Part shown: in pieces, positions 26,421 through 41,848 of the stretch
Numbering within the stretch: position 1 is the stretch's first letter
Layout of the letters: every line of letters begins with the position of its first letter
The notes under the pieces: generated by a model
What the model saw: only the letters and a program-made list of their open reading frames with translations
Databases searched by the model: none
What the model was told of the DNA's origin: nothing
Assembly (NCBI RefSeq): GCF_009914755.1
Contig: NC_060946.1
Source: the human T2T-CHM13v2.0 reference genome, Homo sapiens
Reading direction: 5' to 3' (one strand)
DNA: 64,000 nucleotides
Translations under genes and position numbers: made by a program

Positions 26421-26753
26421 GTGATTCACCAGGGAAGTGCCATGGTGCTTTGTGGAGGAACCGATCTATTTCAGCTGAGAATCACCAGAAAGTGAGCTTT
26501 CCACCATGCTTTCTCCCCATGTACGGGAAATATTCCAGTGATCGCTTCCTTCTGCCATGTGCCTATTGTCAAACGCTTTACACCAGTGTCTTCAAAATCT
26601 GAGTTTCGACCCATCAGTGGGTTATGAAAATAGTTCATTGTGTCAAGAGCAGCATTTTAAAAAGAAAAGAGCATTGAAAATATCAGAGTGTATTGAACAC
26701 AGCAAGAGTGAGTATTCTTTTGTAAGATATTTGAAATATATATAATATATATA

Positions 26754-26787
26754 TACATAAGGGTGTATATATATATACCCTTATGTA
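26754..26787. repeat. Near-perfect 34-bp palindrome tacataagggtgtatat-atatatacccttatgta
   Basis: The arms are reverse-complementary at 16 of 17 positions with no spacer. Confidence 0.9.
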
Positions 26788-27981
26788 AATTCCTGGGATA
26801 TAGATGTGTTTAGGATGGCAGCATTTTCAATCTGTGTCAATATGACACAGGGTGCATATGCTGTATCACTGACCACTCCCACACTGGTCAACGCTACAAA
26901 TGTTTCAACCTTGTAATCAAAGGTACAAATGTTTCAACAGAGAAACCAGTGAATATTCACCTTAAATGGGATACATAATATTATCAGTACAAAGCATCTT
27001 AGTACACAGCAGGATTACTGCCCAGATGAGTTGCCCCAAAAATGTGTGGTTTGCAGGGATTTGGGAATTATGGAACTGCAGAGAAGGGACTGGGAAGCAG
27101 TATGGATTTATGTATGCACTGGGACATGAGGTAAAATCGTTTCCTGCCGTGGACACACTTGCGAGGCCTCATTCTCATTTCACAGAAGGAGAAATTGAGA
27201 CCCAGACAGCGAAAGACACCACCCAACCCAGCAAGCAGGAAGCTCAGGATTTGACTCAAGGCCAGCGTTCCCTTGCCATTACTTTGAAGACTCCATATAT
27301 TTTGAAAATGCCTGTGGTTCCTGCATTCTCCACTGTAGTATACCTGTGGGATTTTAAACATTTTATTGAAAAAGAATATTTCAACCCTACACCATTGAAT
27401 AAACTACCATGCACAGAGGATTCCTCCTGCTGCTCATGGGCGCTCTCAGATGGGCAGTGGAGGGGGTTCTTTAGGCGGGCAGGGGAGCAAGACCCTCAGC
27501 ACTGATCCCTGTGGCCCTTCTGTGTTACCTCTGTCCTCTGCAGGCTGGTCTCAGGGGACATGGCTCCCCACTATCACCTCTGAACCCAGCTGGCCGCGTT
27601 ATTAAACCACAGATCATCTTGTTTCGGAGACAGAGTTTCTTCCTTGAGCCTCCCAGCCAAGCCCTTCTGAAGGATTCCGGGGTTGGCTGGTAGGTCCCGG
27701 CTTCTAATCTTCCCTGCCCTCTCCTCATCTTGGACAGGACTCAGCAGAGCCCAGTTTGCTGTCCAGGGCGGCTCCTGAGCAGATGTGACTTGGTTGCCAA
27801 GGCAACTCAGTGAGGGGAGAAAACAGGCCTTAGGGAAATGAACACAGTGCTGACTTGGGTGACGGGTATTTTGCTTTTATTTTTTCCTCCTTCACTGAAA
27901 GGATGAAGGAAACCAGGGTTGGATGGAGGGAACCTCCAGCACTAGATCTGTGTATTTATTGCTGGGGTGGGAGTACCAGGG

Positions 27982-28399
27982 TGTTAAAGCAAACTTAAAA
28001 TGAACACCTGGGCAAACAAAAGCAAACAGGCCTTCAGAATGGCTGTAACCCCCCTTAAACTGCCAACTATGGGGAACTTAACTGGAGTCGTTTCAGATGG
28101 GTGCTTACGTTAGGCACAAACAAAACTTAACTTCGGCCAGTCATGAGCAGCCAGCTGACAGACGGGTACACGACTAGGAATTTTCCAACAAGGTAAACCA
28201 AAAAACATAATTTGACAACTGCAACAAATCAAATAATGTCCTTATTCCACTTCCATATTCACCCTATAAATACCTGCCTCTGACACTTTTCCATCATAAC
28301 ATGAAATGTCTTTCATTTTGATGTTTCCCACTTCATGACTTGCTTCTTCCTCAAATAAAGTCTTCAAAATTCGATTGGACCTCAGATTTTTCTTTGACA
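27982..28399 (+). mobile_element. ERV1-type solo LTR (MER34/MER39-like)
   Basis: tgttaaa...tttgaca termini, 4-bp TSD aggg, TATAAA and AATAAA present. Confidence 0.75.
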
Positions 28400-29235
28400 A
28401 GGGGTATTTGAGATCATGGGAATGAGGCCCTGCCTGAGGCAGTCATCCCTGGTAAGCAGGTGCTTGTGATGGGCCGTGCAGGGCAGGCGCCCTGGGGGAC
28501 AAAAAGGGGCTTCCACCTGGAATCAACAGTGGCAGGTAAAGGGGATGGGAACCAACTCTTAGGGAGGCCCTACTGTGTGGCAGGCACTGGCTGGGCCAGG
28601 TACCCATGTACTATTTGATCCTCATGACCACATGGGGAAATATTATACTCGCATTCCAGGTGAGGGGAGGTAAGAAGCTCCAGGTGACACAGAGAAGACG
28701 TGGCAAAGGCCAGAATGGGGCTCAGTTCAGTGGGACGCTGAGTCACTCTTTTCACAGGGCCACTCAGAGCAGAGGGGCTGGTGCAGGGCAAGAGCTGGAG
28801 GGAGGGGACTGGCCTGTGCTGGAAACACCCCAGGGTCAGCTGGGAGCAGAGCGGGAGGTCAGAGGTCGGGGCTGCTGGTCAACCTCCTCTCTCAGCCCTC
28901 CGCACCTCCTGGACCCTGCTCTCCCCCTACTCCCCGACCCTGCTGTTTCCACTTCCCCAAGGCTGTGGTGCCCCACTTGAGTCATTTGCTAGGTGCCAGG
29001 GCAGGGAGGAAGTGGGCACCTGGGCCATGCTCCCCTGAGGAGAGGTCAGGACATAGATGCCCCCACAGACCCTTGGGTCGGGGGACTCCATGTGGCCTCT
29101 TTTGGGGCTCAGGGAAGACTCATCGGCCTGCTTGACCATCCGGGTTCCTCTGGGGCTCACTGAGTTGTGGAAACGCCACCCTCCATTCTAGGTGCGAGTA
29201 GGAACCAGCCAGGGAAGAGGAAGAAGCAAGCCTAC

Positions 29236-29245
29236 CTGAGTCCAT
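29236..29245 (-). CDS. APOL3: APOL3 alternative start (MDS-E) of the 331-aa isoform, in an exon spanning about 29236-29332
   Basis: Strong Kozak context GGCACC-ATG-G, donor CAG|GTAGGC, acceptor TCCTCAAG|G at 29332. 10+127+859 nt = 331 aa plus stop. Homologous to APOL1 AAGTMDPE. Confidence 0.85.
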
Positions 29246-29507
29246 GGTGCCAGCAGCCAGGTCACTGAGAGACTTTCCTTGGAGCTCTCCAGTCACTGAC
29301 CTGACTGGAAGGGTTCGTTTTTTTTCTTAACCCTTGAGGAGGAGAAAGCAAATTGTGGGACTGAATGTGAGCCACCTGTGGACAGAGGGAGGTTGGAGGG
29401 GCTGGATCTCTGCAATCCCTTTGCGTGTCAGCAAATGCCAAGACCAACCTAGCCCGGTGTTTTTTAATCTCCTGGGCCCCAGCCAGCTGGTATTTAGAGA
29501 AATTCTA

Positions 29508-29561
29508 CTTGCTCCAGCTCCCTCTGCCCTCACTCTCACACCAAGGCAGGGTCCTTTTGTC
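29508..29561 (-). pseudogene. Degenerate homolog of the second APOL1 signal-peptide exon (TKGPCLGVRVRAEGAGA)
   Basis: Acceptor CCCTACAG|G, 54 nt, translation similar to APOL1 MSALFLGVGVRAEEAGAR. The homologous donor position reads TA rather than GT. Confidence 0.75.
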
Positions 29562-30099
29562 CTGTAGGGGTATGAAGAGAAGATAATCAGAGGAAGGGAT
29601 GGACATCTGATAATCACAGAAACTACAGAGTCTATACACCGAAATAGAGATGGGAAGGAACGTTCTGACAATGACCTGGGCCTGGCAACATGTGTGATAA
29701 CTAATTGATAACAGCCAGTGTGTACTGGGTGTCTGTGATCTGCAGGGCTCCTCATATGTGCCTCATTCGATGATCACACACAGGCCAGGAGATGGGTGCA
29801 ACTGTGGCTCCCATTTTGAAACAGAAGAAACCTCAAATGTTAAGCAACCTTGCCATGTTTTCACAATAGGGGTAGAGCCAGGACTTCTGATTCAAATCCC
29901 ATGTCTTCCATGACTGGGCTCTACTCCCTTAAATATATAAAAATATTGACTCATGCATACATGCTTACTGTAAATGACTCCTCATTCCAAATCTGTGTCT
30001 TGCACTCTATGCCCAAGTGTCTGTCTTGGTGAATTCACTGGTGCTGTGCTGGACACCCTTTGTCCCCCTTGCTTCTGCCTGTATGTCCTGGCTGCAAGT

Positions 30100-30302
30100 G
30101 ATGCTTCTGCTTCAACTTCCCAAGTAGTTGTCCCTACAGGTACATACCACCACGCTAGGCACATTAAAAAAAAATTTTTTTTAGAAATGTGGATCTTGCT
30201 TTGTTGCCCAGAGCTGGTCTCCAACTCCTGGTTTCAAGCAATCCTCCTGCCTGAGCCCCCCAAAGTCCTGCGATTGCAGGCATCAGCCACTACAACCAGC
30301 CT
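30100..30302 (-). mobile_element. Alu (partial, diverged)
   Basis: Partial consensus match. Confidence 0.8.
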
Positions 30303-30778
30303 AAATAAATGCTGATCTTTATACAGAGAAACACTCTTCACATTCTGCTTGTGATGATCTTGCCTTGGGAAATGAGAAAAAAGAAAGCAAATGTTGATTA
30401 TGTTTAGGCATTGTTCTAAGAAGGTAGAAGAACATTTATTGACTATCCCTTCAAGATCTGACTACAGTGTTAGTCAAGGCACTTATAGGTATAATAACAG
30501 TCAATGAGAAATAGGGGTGAACATTTGTGGACTCGACTTTGCACCACTAATTGCTCTAAGATGTTATAAATAATAACTCACAGTCCTCTTCCAAGAGCCT
30601 ATTAAGTGGGTACCATTTGTATTTCCATTTTCAGATAAGAAAACTGAAACAGATGTTCAGCGACTTGCCCAATCTCAGAAATCTACTAAGGTGTAAAGAC
30701 TGGGTTCCCACCCAACCAGACGGACTCAAGAACACACACACTGCCTCTGCACCCTCTGCTGCCAATGAAAATGTGAAT

Positions 30779-32770
<1,992 letters not shown>

Positions 32771-33016
32771 AGTTAAATAAACTCACGTTTAGTTCTCACA
32801 ACAACCATCCTACGTAGGCACTGTTATCATCTTAATAGTTCTGAGGGGAAAACTAAAGCTTGGAGAAGTTAAGTAATTCACCTGGAGCCCCTAGCTAGTG
32901 ACAGCCAGAAGCCAAACTCAAGTGCCCAATCTCCAGAGCATGCACTCTCACTCTATTTCATCTGCTAGCATAAGAATATTATGTAAAGAAAATGATTTAC
33001 TCCCTAAAGAAAAGCT

Positions 33017-33315
33017 GGCTAGGCACACTGGTTCACATCTGTAATCCCAGCACTTTAGGAAGCTGAGGTGGGTGGATCACCTGAGGTTGGGAGTTCGAGA
33101 GCAGCCTGACCAACATGGAGCAACTCTGTCTCTACTAAAAAAATGAAAAAATTAGCCGGGCATGGTGGTGCATGCCTGTTATCTCAGCTACTCAGGAGGC
33201 TGAGGCAGGAGAATCGCTTGAACCCAGGAGGTGGAGTTTGTGGTGAGCCAAGATAGCTACATTGCACTCCAGCCTGGGCAACAAGAGTGAAATTCTGTCT
33301 CAGAAAAAAAAAAAA
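33017..33315 (+). mobile_element. Alu
   Basis: Consensus match. Confidence 0.95.
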
Positions 33316-33884
33316 GGAAAATCTGAACATCAAAATTAGCTGCTTTTAATTGGGAAGGGAGTGAGTGGAGCCCTCTTTATTAAATGATTTGTCTGAACCG
33401 TATACACTTATTAATTGATTTTTTTAAATTTTAACAAAACAGAAGTTACTTTATAGTAGTTAGTAACTGCTAACCTCAATAATGGTTTGGATTGTGGTGC
33501 CACCACCTTAAAGTTGATGGAGAAGTGTGAGCAAGTGCCAAAGAGAAATACACCTGCCTCCTGATGGGAGAAATGTCAGCTTCAGAGAAACCTCGGTGGC
33601 TGGGGTAACCAAGCTGCTAAGAAAAGTACGGATGTTGTCATTTTATGTTAAACTGTTAATATTAACAGCATAATCAGAGTGAACTCCTATCTTGAATCAG
33701 TATAATTTCCAGTGGCACCTTGCCACTCAACATACGGGCTTCTTTTCCACCCAAAGGAACCAAGACGTCTTGTGGGGAACCAAATTCCCCAGACTGTGAT
33801 ATGTGTTACCCCAGAAAGCAAGGACGCTTCCAAAGATGTTCAGAGCAGTGTTCAAAGGGATGCCCACTGGTCAGTCCCAACCGC

Positions 33885-34474
33885 TGTGAACCCGGAAAAT
33901 CTGAGACTGGTGTCAGTTAATTTAGAAAGTTTATTTTGCCAAGGTTGAGGACGTATGCCTGTGACACAGCCTCAGGAAGTCCTGATGACATGTGCCCAAG
34001 GTGGTTGGGGTGTAGCTTGATTTTATACACTTAGGGAGCATGAGACATCAATTAAGTACACTTGAGAAATACATCGGTTTGGTCTAGAAAGGCGGGACAA
34101 CTCAAAGTGGGCGTTTCCAGGCTACAGGTAAATTGAAACGTTTTCTGGTTGACAATTGGTTGAGTTTGTCTAAAGACCGGAGATCAATAGGAAGGAATGT
34201 TTGAGTTGCGATAAGAGGTTGTGGAGACCAAAGTTTTATCCTGCAGATGAAGCTTTCAGCTAGCAGGCTTCACAGAGAAACAGGCTGTAAAATGTTTCTT
34301 ATTAGACTGAAAGCCTGTGTTGATATTAATGCCAGAGAGGCATAATGAAGCATGTCTGACCCCCATTTCCCTTCATGGCCTGAACCAGTCTTTCAGGTTA
34401 AATTTTAAGAGCCCTGGCTGAGGAGGAAGTCCTTTAAATGAGGGGGAGGCTTAGAATCTTACTTTTGGTTTATA
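33885..34474 (-). mobile_element. MER4A-type solo LTR
   Basis: tgtgaacccggaaaatctgagac...ttaatttagaaagtttattttgccaaggttgagg, with 4-bp TSD ccgc. Confidence 0.88.
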
Positions 34475-36161
34475 CCGCTTATATTCAACAGTAATAATTG
34501 ATTGTGATTATTATGATCATGTTTACTTGGTCCAAGATGAATCTGTGAAAGGCCTTGGGTTGATACTAACATTCAAGTGAGAACATTTGAGAAAAGTATA
34601 CAGAAAAGGCTAAAACAGGGTACTTGAAATGCAAAGACTTATCGTAACAGAGAATGTTTAATTGTTAATTGGTTTTAACAAGAGCATCTTAATATAAATG
34701 GATATTTTTCCTTCTATTTATTTATGTTCCTGTTCGTAAGTGTTGAGAATGAAGGAAGAGCTGCCACAGACATTTGGAAGCTGGCGTGGACTCCCAGAAG
34801 GGCTGTGTTATTCTCCTATGGACAGAAATAATGTCACAGAATAGTAACCACACACAGGGTGACTCTGAGATTGTGAGCAAATGAGACAGAGCAATTAGAC
34901 TTCATAATACTGTCTAAGTACAGACAGAAACTGAGTCTCTGCTCCACCCACAAAATACCAAACACTCCCTCTCCTGGCTAAATAGAATGCCTGTTTTTTC
35001 TACACCAAGTCAACTCTAACCTCTTCCTGGTCTCCCTCTCTCTAGATGAGATTTGCTGAGATACCCACTGGTAGACTTGCCCCCCACTTTCTGCAACACC
35101 CAATCCAGAGTGGGCTCCATTTCATAGGCCCTCCTGCCAATCACCCAGCCAGAACCCAGATATTCTAACAGGTTCCTTCTCGCACCCCTTATGGAGGTGC
35201 CGATGGACCTCCACCTGTGTCCCCCTCACTGAGAAGAATGAACTCAACTGGTTCAACCACCTACAGGAGTGATCTGGCAGCCCCAGCCTGGAAACATTGA
35301 CTCTAGAGACTTCCATGGTTTCTGTAGTGAGGAGGCAACAACAAGCCCAGGCAGCTGTGAGGTGGCCCTGTCAGGCCCCTCAAAGGTAGGGGTTGGCTCC
35401 AAGCAGGCCCCTATCTCTTTCTTCTTTACTGTGGCTTCGGCTGCATCTGTTTCAGCTGGCTCCCAGGCACATCCATTCCAGCCGCTGGTCTTTGCTCCCA
35501 GACTTTATGTTAACAACGCAGTGGTTCCCGGGACCCCCTGATGCGTTTTCATCCTCAAGGTCATGTGTAGAAGCATCCTCATCGAAAGCCTCTCACCTCC
35601 CTCTTCCTATTTCCTGCCTCTGTCTTAGGGATCTTGCATCCAGGTGTCTATTGTCTGGGGCCCCCATGCAACCATGGTGACAGTGAGGCCAATAGAGGCA
35701 CTAGGGGAGTGTGCTGAGGGGTTTCTGGGTGCTTCTTGCTGTAAGGGATAAGGGTGATAGAAGGAGGGCTCCCCTTCCCCTTCTTCCTGCTTTGTTCAGT
35801 GTGTGACCCCCTAGGCCAGGGCAGCTGTCTCAACATCATGAGCCATAAGGACCAGGAGCCAGCACAGAGCAGAGGAGCAGGAGGGCAGAGAGAGCTGGGG
35901 CCTCAGACCACACCTGACACCTCTGATGAGCTACACCCAGGGTCTCGTCCTCCTTAGGCGTTGTTGGCCTGGCTCGGAATCTTGTCTGGGGCATCCGCTG
36001 AGGGTTGAAGCTGGATACTGCCCCTCGAGCTGAACTAGGACACAGCATGTCCTCTCTGGGCAAGCCTGCAGTTTGGTCAATTCCCGGAAAGGGACTTTAG
36101 TTCCTGGAGGAGGCCCAGACAGGGAGCCCTCCCTCCTGCCTCAGCTCTGAGCCAAGCTCTC

Positions 36162-36224
36162 CAGATGCAGAGGACAGAGACTCTCAGCAAAGCAGCTCCC
36201 TGCAAGTGGCTGTGGGGCCTCCTC
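36162..36224 (-). pseudogene. Disabled homolog of the APOL1 signal-peptide start exon (LQGAALLRVSVLCIW)
   Basis: AG|GAGGAGGCCCCACAGCCAC-TTG-CAG-GGA-GCT-GCT-TTG-CTG-AGA-GTC-TCT-GTC-CTC-TGC-ATC-TG|GA, compared with APOL1 MEGAALLRVSVLCIW. TTG stands in place of ATG and GA in place of the GT donor. Confidence 0.85.
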
Positions 36225-36281
36225 CTTAGGCAGAGAGAGAGGGAGAGAGGGGTGAAGACACCGTGCTCCTCCTGAGGAATC

Positions 36282-36586
36282 TTTATTTTTATTTTCAATA
36301 TTTTTTTTTTTTGCTCTGTTACCCAGGCTGGAACGCAGTGGCACCACCATAACTCACTGTAGTGTTGACGTTCTAGGATCAATCGATCCTCCTGCCTCAT
36401 CCTTCTGAGTAGTGGGAACTACAAGTGCATCACTATGTCAGTCAATCTTTTTATTTTCATTTTTGCAGAGATGGGGTTGTGCTATGCTGCCCAGGCTTGT
36501 CCTGAACTCCTGGGTTCGAGGGATCCTCCTGCATTAGCCTCCGTGCATTAGCACGGGAATTACAGCCCTGAGCCACAATACCTAGG
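36282..36586 (-). mobile_element. Alu (J-like)
   Basis: TSD ctcctgaggaatcttt. Confidence 0.9.
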
Positions 36587-37131
36587 TCTCCTGAGGAATC
36601 TTTAATGACCTGCCAGGGTCAAGTTCAACCCCTTAACTGGGCACACGGGCTCCTACTTTCCTCACTGCTCCCTGCCCACACAGTCACCTTGGGTCCAGGT
36701 ACACACTGACGCCCTGCTTCCCTGCCTCCCAGAGCCCATCTACTCCCCCCACTCCCATTCCCAGCCTCAGGCCTTTGCTCAGGCTGCTCCCTCCCCTTGG
36801 AATGCCTCCCCCACCTTCCCCACCATGTGCAAGTCACCCATCCTCAGAGGCTCAGCCAAAGCTGCCTGGACCCTGCAGCGTCCCCCAGCCCTCCCCAGGC
36901 TCCCTGAGCACTCTGCTTTCCGGGGGCAGCTCTACCTCTGTGTGGCTCTTTGGGCCTCTGTCTCCCCGTTAAACTCTGAGCATCCGGCAGGGACCCTGCG
37001 GTGTTCCCAGCTGCATCCCCTATGACTGACCTGGGTGGCCTCTGCCCTCCGTGGCACAGCCTGGCTGAAATCCGAGGTGTGGGAGGCAGCACTTGGACTA
37101 AAAGCAACCAGCCTCTGGACAACATGGCCCA

Positions 37132-37152
37132 GCTTCAGTTTCACTTTCAGTT
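37132..37152 (-). promoter_or_regulatory. Intronic ISRE/IRF multimer (plus strand gcttc-AGTTTCACTTTC-agtt)
   Basis: Perfect AGTTTCNNTTTC core at 37137-37148. The minus strand reads AACTGAAAGTGAAACTGAAGC. Confidence 0.6.
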
Positions 37153-37609
37153 GAGGGATTGAATGTTTTTCCTTGCTATCTAGATGCTCATCTCTTTTTG
37201 GGGAAGAACAAATAAGACCATGACTCTGATTTCATGTACTTTTGGTGGCTCTATCAGGTTTCTGAGTTTCCATTTATTTTCTCCCGTGTCCTCCCCAGTC
37301 TTATTACTTTTGTACGAGGAGAAAGAAAAAAGAAATTTCTAAAAACACGCGAGCCAGCTAACCTCTGAATCATAGCCATGGTTTCCAAGCCTCCCCTCCC
37401 CCACGGCAATGGCCCAGGCCTGCATCTGGGCCCAGCTCCCTCCGGGTCCATGACACTCTTATGCAGCAACCAACTACTGCCAGGGACTTTTACGGGAAAG
37501 AGGTCATTTCCTTCCTGCACTTGTTGTGCCTTAGAATACACACAAAAAAGTCTTGTTCTTCTTTGTCTGTAGTAGGTACCCATGAAATAGGTCCTACATT
37601 TAAAAGAAG

Positions 37610-38700
<1,091 letters not shown>

Positions 38701-38723
38701 TATGCCCATTAAGACTAAGGAAT

Positions 38724-39011
38724 GCGTCTGGCACGGTGGCTCATGCCTGTAATCCCAGCACTTTGGGTGGCGGAGGTGGGTGGATCACAAGGTCAGGAGA
38801 TCGAGAACATCCTGGCTAACATGGTGAAACCCCGTCTCTACTAAAAATACTAAAAATTAGCCGGGCGTGGTGGCACGCCTCTGTAGTCCCAGCTACTCAG
38901 GAGGGTGAGCTGGAGAATCACTTGAACCCAGGAGGCGGAGGGTGCAGTGAGCCGATGGTGCTACTTGCACTCCAGCCTGGGCGACAGAGCAAGACTCCGT
39001 CAGAAAAAAAA
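38724..39011 (+). mobile_element. Alu
   Basis: TSD aagactaaKgaatgcg. Confidence 0.95.
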
Positions 39012-40065
39012 GACTAATGAATGCGATGCCTCCCTTAAAGAAATGAGGAGGAAAAGAAGCTGCACAGAATCAAAGACCCTTCGAGGCCACGACACAGAGG
39101 TGAGAAACACAGGGCTCCATGAAGTGAAATCTGAATAGCAGGTGTGAGTGTGCGTGTGTGTGTGTGTGTGTGTGTGAATTTGTGAGTGTGTGTGTGGCAT
39201 ATGCAAGGTTTGCCTTTTATTTGGTTGCCAGCATGTCAAATGTAATTGCACCTGAGTTTATAGCAAATGTTCCGTCATCTGAGCTCTGAGGAGCCAGGCC
39301 CACCCTCTCACCTGCTGGGCATCACCTGGATCTGAGAAGCCCATGCAGGCCTCCAGCTCTCCCCACTTTCCTGCAGCCCCTGCAGGCATCTGGGCTGCAA
39401 TGTCAACTTTCCCCTGACTCGCACTGCCCCGCCTCCCACCTCACCCCAGATGGGGTCAGCAGCCTGCTGGGGGTCAGCAGGGTAGGGCATCCTAACCCCC
39501 TCTGGCAGGTGAAAAACCCTGAGGCTCAGAGAGGGGAAGTGACTTCCCCAGTGTCACACACCTCTTGGAGGGCAGGGGGAAGGTCAACACCTGACCTCCT
39601 GACTCTGAGATTGAAGCAAGAAAGTATAATGTTAATAATCCAAAATCTTCCAGGTTTGTTTCTGCTTCTACAAACACAGAGGGCTAAGCTCACGCTCCCA
39701 CAGTTATGCTCACGCTTCCACAGTTTGACTTTTAATCTCATGATTGTCAAGCTGGGATCATGTGGCAGACACCATTCTGCAACATGCCGTTCTCACTGCC
39801 CCTGTCTGGGCCATCTTTCCCACTAGGGAACAGCACAGCTTCTTTCTTCTCTATCACCCAGAGGCCTGAAAAGGAACCAGGTGAGTGTCAGGGACATGGA
39901 GTCCTGTGATCTACCTGCTCAACTTCCTGATATGGGACCCTCAGCGAGTCACTCATCTCCCATGGCCTCAGTTTACCCACAGGGCCTGGCTCAAGTAGGT
40001 GCTCAGAGTCAGGGTGGGTGAAACAACCTCTGGGTTCCTTGTTATCTCTTTTCGCTCTCTCTCTC

Positions 40066-40366
40066 TTTTTTTTTTTTGAGACAGAGTCTCACTCTGTCAG
40101 GAGTGCACTCAGGCTGGAGTGACTGGTGCGATCTCGACTCACTGCAACCTTCATCACCTGGGTTCAAGTGATTCTCATGCCTCAGCCTCCCAAGTAGCTG
40201 GGATTACTGGCTTGTGCCACCACGCCCAGCTAATTTTTTGTATTTTTAGTAGAGGCAGGGTTTCTCCATATTGGCCAGGCAGGTCTCGAACTCCTAACCT
40301 CAAGTGATCTACCCGTCTCGGCCTCTCAAAGTGCTGGGATTACAGGCATGAGCCACCGCGCCCAGC
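40066..40366 (-). mobile_element. Alu
   Basis: TSD ggttccttgt. Confidence 0.95.
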
Positions 40367-40853
40367 CAGGTTCCTTGTATCTCAAAGGAAATCCTCTGTC
40401 CCCATCGGGCCTCAGCAGCAGCACCCTGGGGCCAGCCTCAGGGTGGCCAGGCCACAAGAAGGACAGGCCAGGCTCTGGATCACCTCCTGTCCTCCACCTT
40501 CTCTGGTTCCTCCAAATATTCTAAAGGAATGGACAGTCCCAACATCTGCCTTCCTTCTGGGGTCACCGGGCCATGTCTCACGCAGGCTGGAACTAGAGCT
40601 GAGCCCTAGGAAGCTTTGTGAACCCAGCTGAGCTGATTCTGCCTCTGTCTCTACTGTTTGGGGGCCCAGAGAGAGGGAGGGAGAAGTCCAGCTAAAACCT
40701 GGGTGCAAATTCAGGCTCTGCCATGGACCGAGATGTGACCTCAGTCAGTTACCTAACCTCTCTGAGCTCATCTACAAAAGGTGAATGACCCTTCTCTTAT
40801 AGAGCTGCTGTGAGGATGGGGAGATGGGGAAGGTCAGACCACCCCTAACTTAC

Positions 40854-41076
40854 CAAGGAAGCTTCTCTTGAAAGAGTGTGAGCAAGATCCAGCTGTTCTG
40901 AGCTGTGTGGATCCCACCTCCAGCCGTGCATCTGCATAATAACCAGACACGTTCTCCAGTCTCTGAGATATACCCTGGAACCCAAAAGGGAAAGTGAAAG
41001 TCACAACTTGGCAGCAGCTCCTGATCAAACATGCAAAACAGGATGCTTCCCAGCCCCACCCTTGGCCCAGTCCCAT
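40854..41076 (-). CDS. APOL3: APOL3 coding exon 1 of the long 402-aa isoform (MGLGQGWGWE...KRSFL)
   Basis: ATG at 41076 and donor TTCCTTG|GTAAGT at 40854. The translation matches the known APOL3 N-terminus. 223+127+859 nt = 1209 nt = 402 aa plus stop. Confidence 0.93.
40990..41001 (+). promoter_or_regulatory. IRF-binding element GAAAGTGAAAGT in the APOL3 proximal promoter/exon 1
   Basis: Exact IRF1/IRF2-type consensus. APOL3 is a known interferon-induced gene. Confidence 0.75.
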
Positions 41077-41371
41077 CCTTGGTCCAGCAGCACCCTTGGT
41101 CCCACCCTCCTGCTGATCCAAGAGCAGCCCCAGACGTCCTTCTTGGCCAACCCACCTGCCTCCCATACTTAGGGTTGGGGGTTTGCTGTGTCTTCAGGAA
41201 GAAAGACCTACCACTGAAAGACTATGAGACCCTCCAGATTACTCCCCACCCCCAATAACACCACACTCCCCAGATGCCCACCTCACTCCCTCCATGCCAT
41301 CAGCATTACCACAGTCCATCACACATGCCGGGTGGACGCTTATTGCATATTGATTGTATTGCTGTTGGGGT

Positions 41372-41641
41372 TATTTTGTTGTTTTGTTTTGTTTTGTTTT
41401 TGAGATGGGGTCTGGCTCTGTCACCCAGGCTGGAGTGCGGTGGCACAATAATAGCTCACTGTAGCCTCAAATTCCAGGGTTCAAATGAACCTCCTGAGTA
41501 GCTGGGACTACAAGCATGAGCCACTCGGCCTGGCTACTTTTAAAAAATGATTTTGAAGGGGTGAAATCTTACTATTTTTACCAGGTTGGTTTCAAACTCT
41601 GGCCTCAAATGATCCTCCTGCCTCAGCATGAGCCACCGTTC
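41372..41641 (-). mobile_element. Alu (old, rearranged)
   Basis: Partial consensus match. Confidence 0.8.
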
Positions 41642-41848
41642 CAGACCTGCTCTTGTCGAACGCCATACCTGTGTGGCTTCTGGACACTTCCTTATGTGGG
41701 TTCTTCTGCCAGGAGCACCTGCTACCTTCACCTGGAAAAGTCACGCTCCTCTATCAGAACGCAAATCTAGCATTTCCTCCCCTGAGAAGCCCCCTAGCAT
41801 CCTCTTCAGCAGAGCCCACTGCCCCATGTTCCACTCCTGTGGCACTTT

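Noticed and set aside
26966-27505. 179-aa ORF antisense within an APOL3 intron
   Set aside because: No recognisable domain; overlaps MIR-like sequence; length compatible with chance.
41190-41205. GAS (STAT1) site near the APOL3 promoter
   Set aside because: ttcaggaagaa does not fit TTCNNNGAA spacing.
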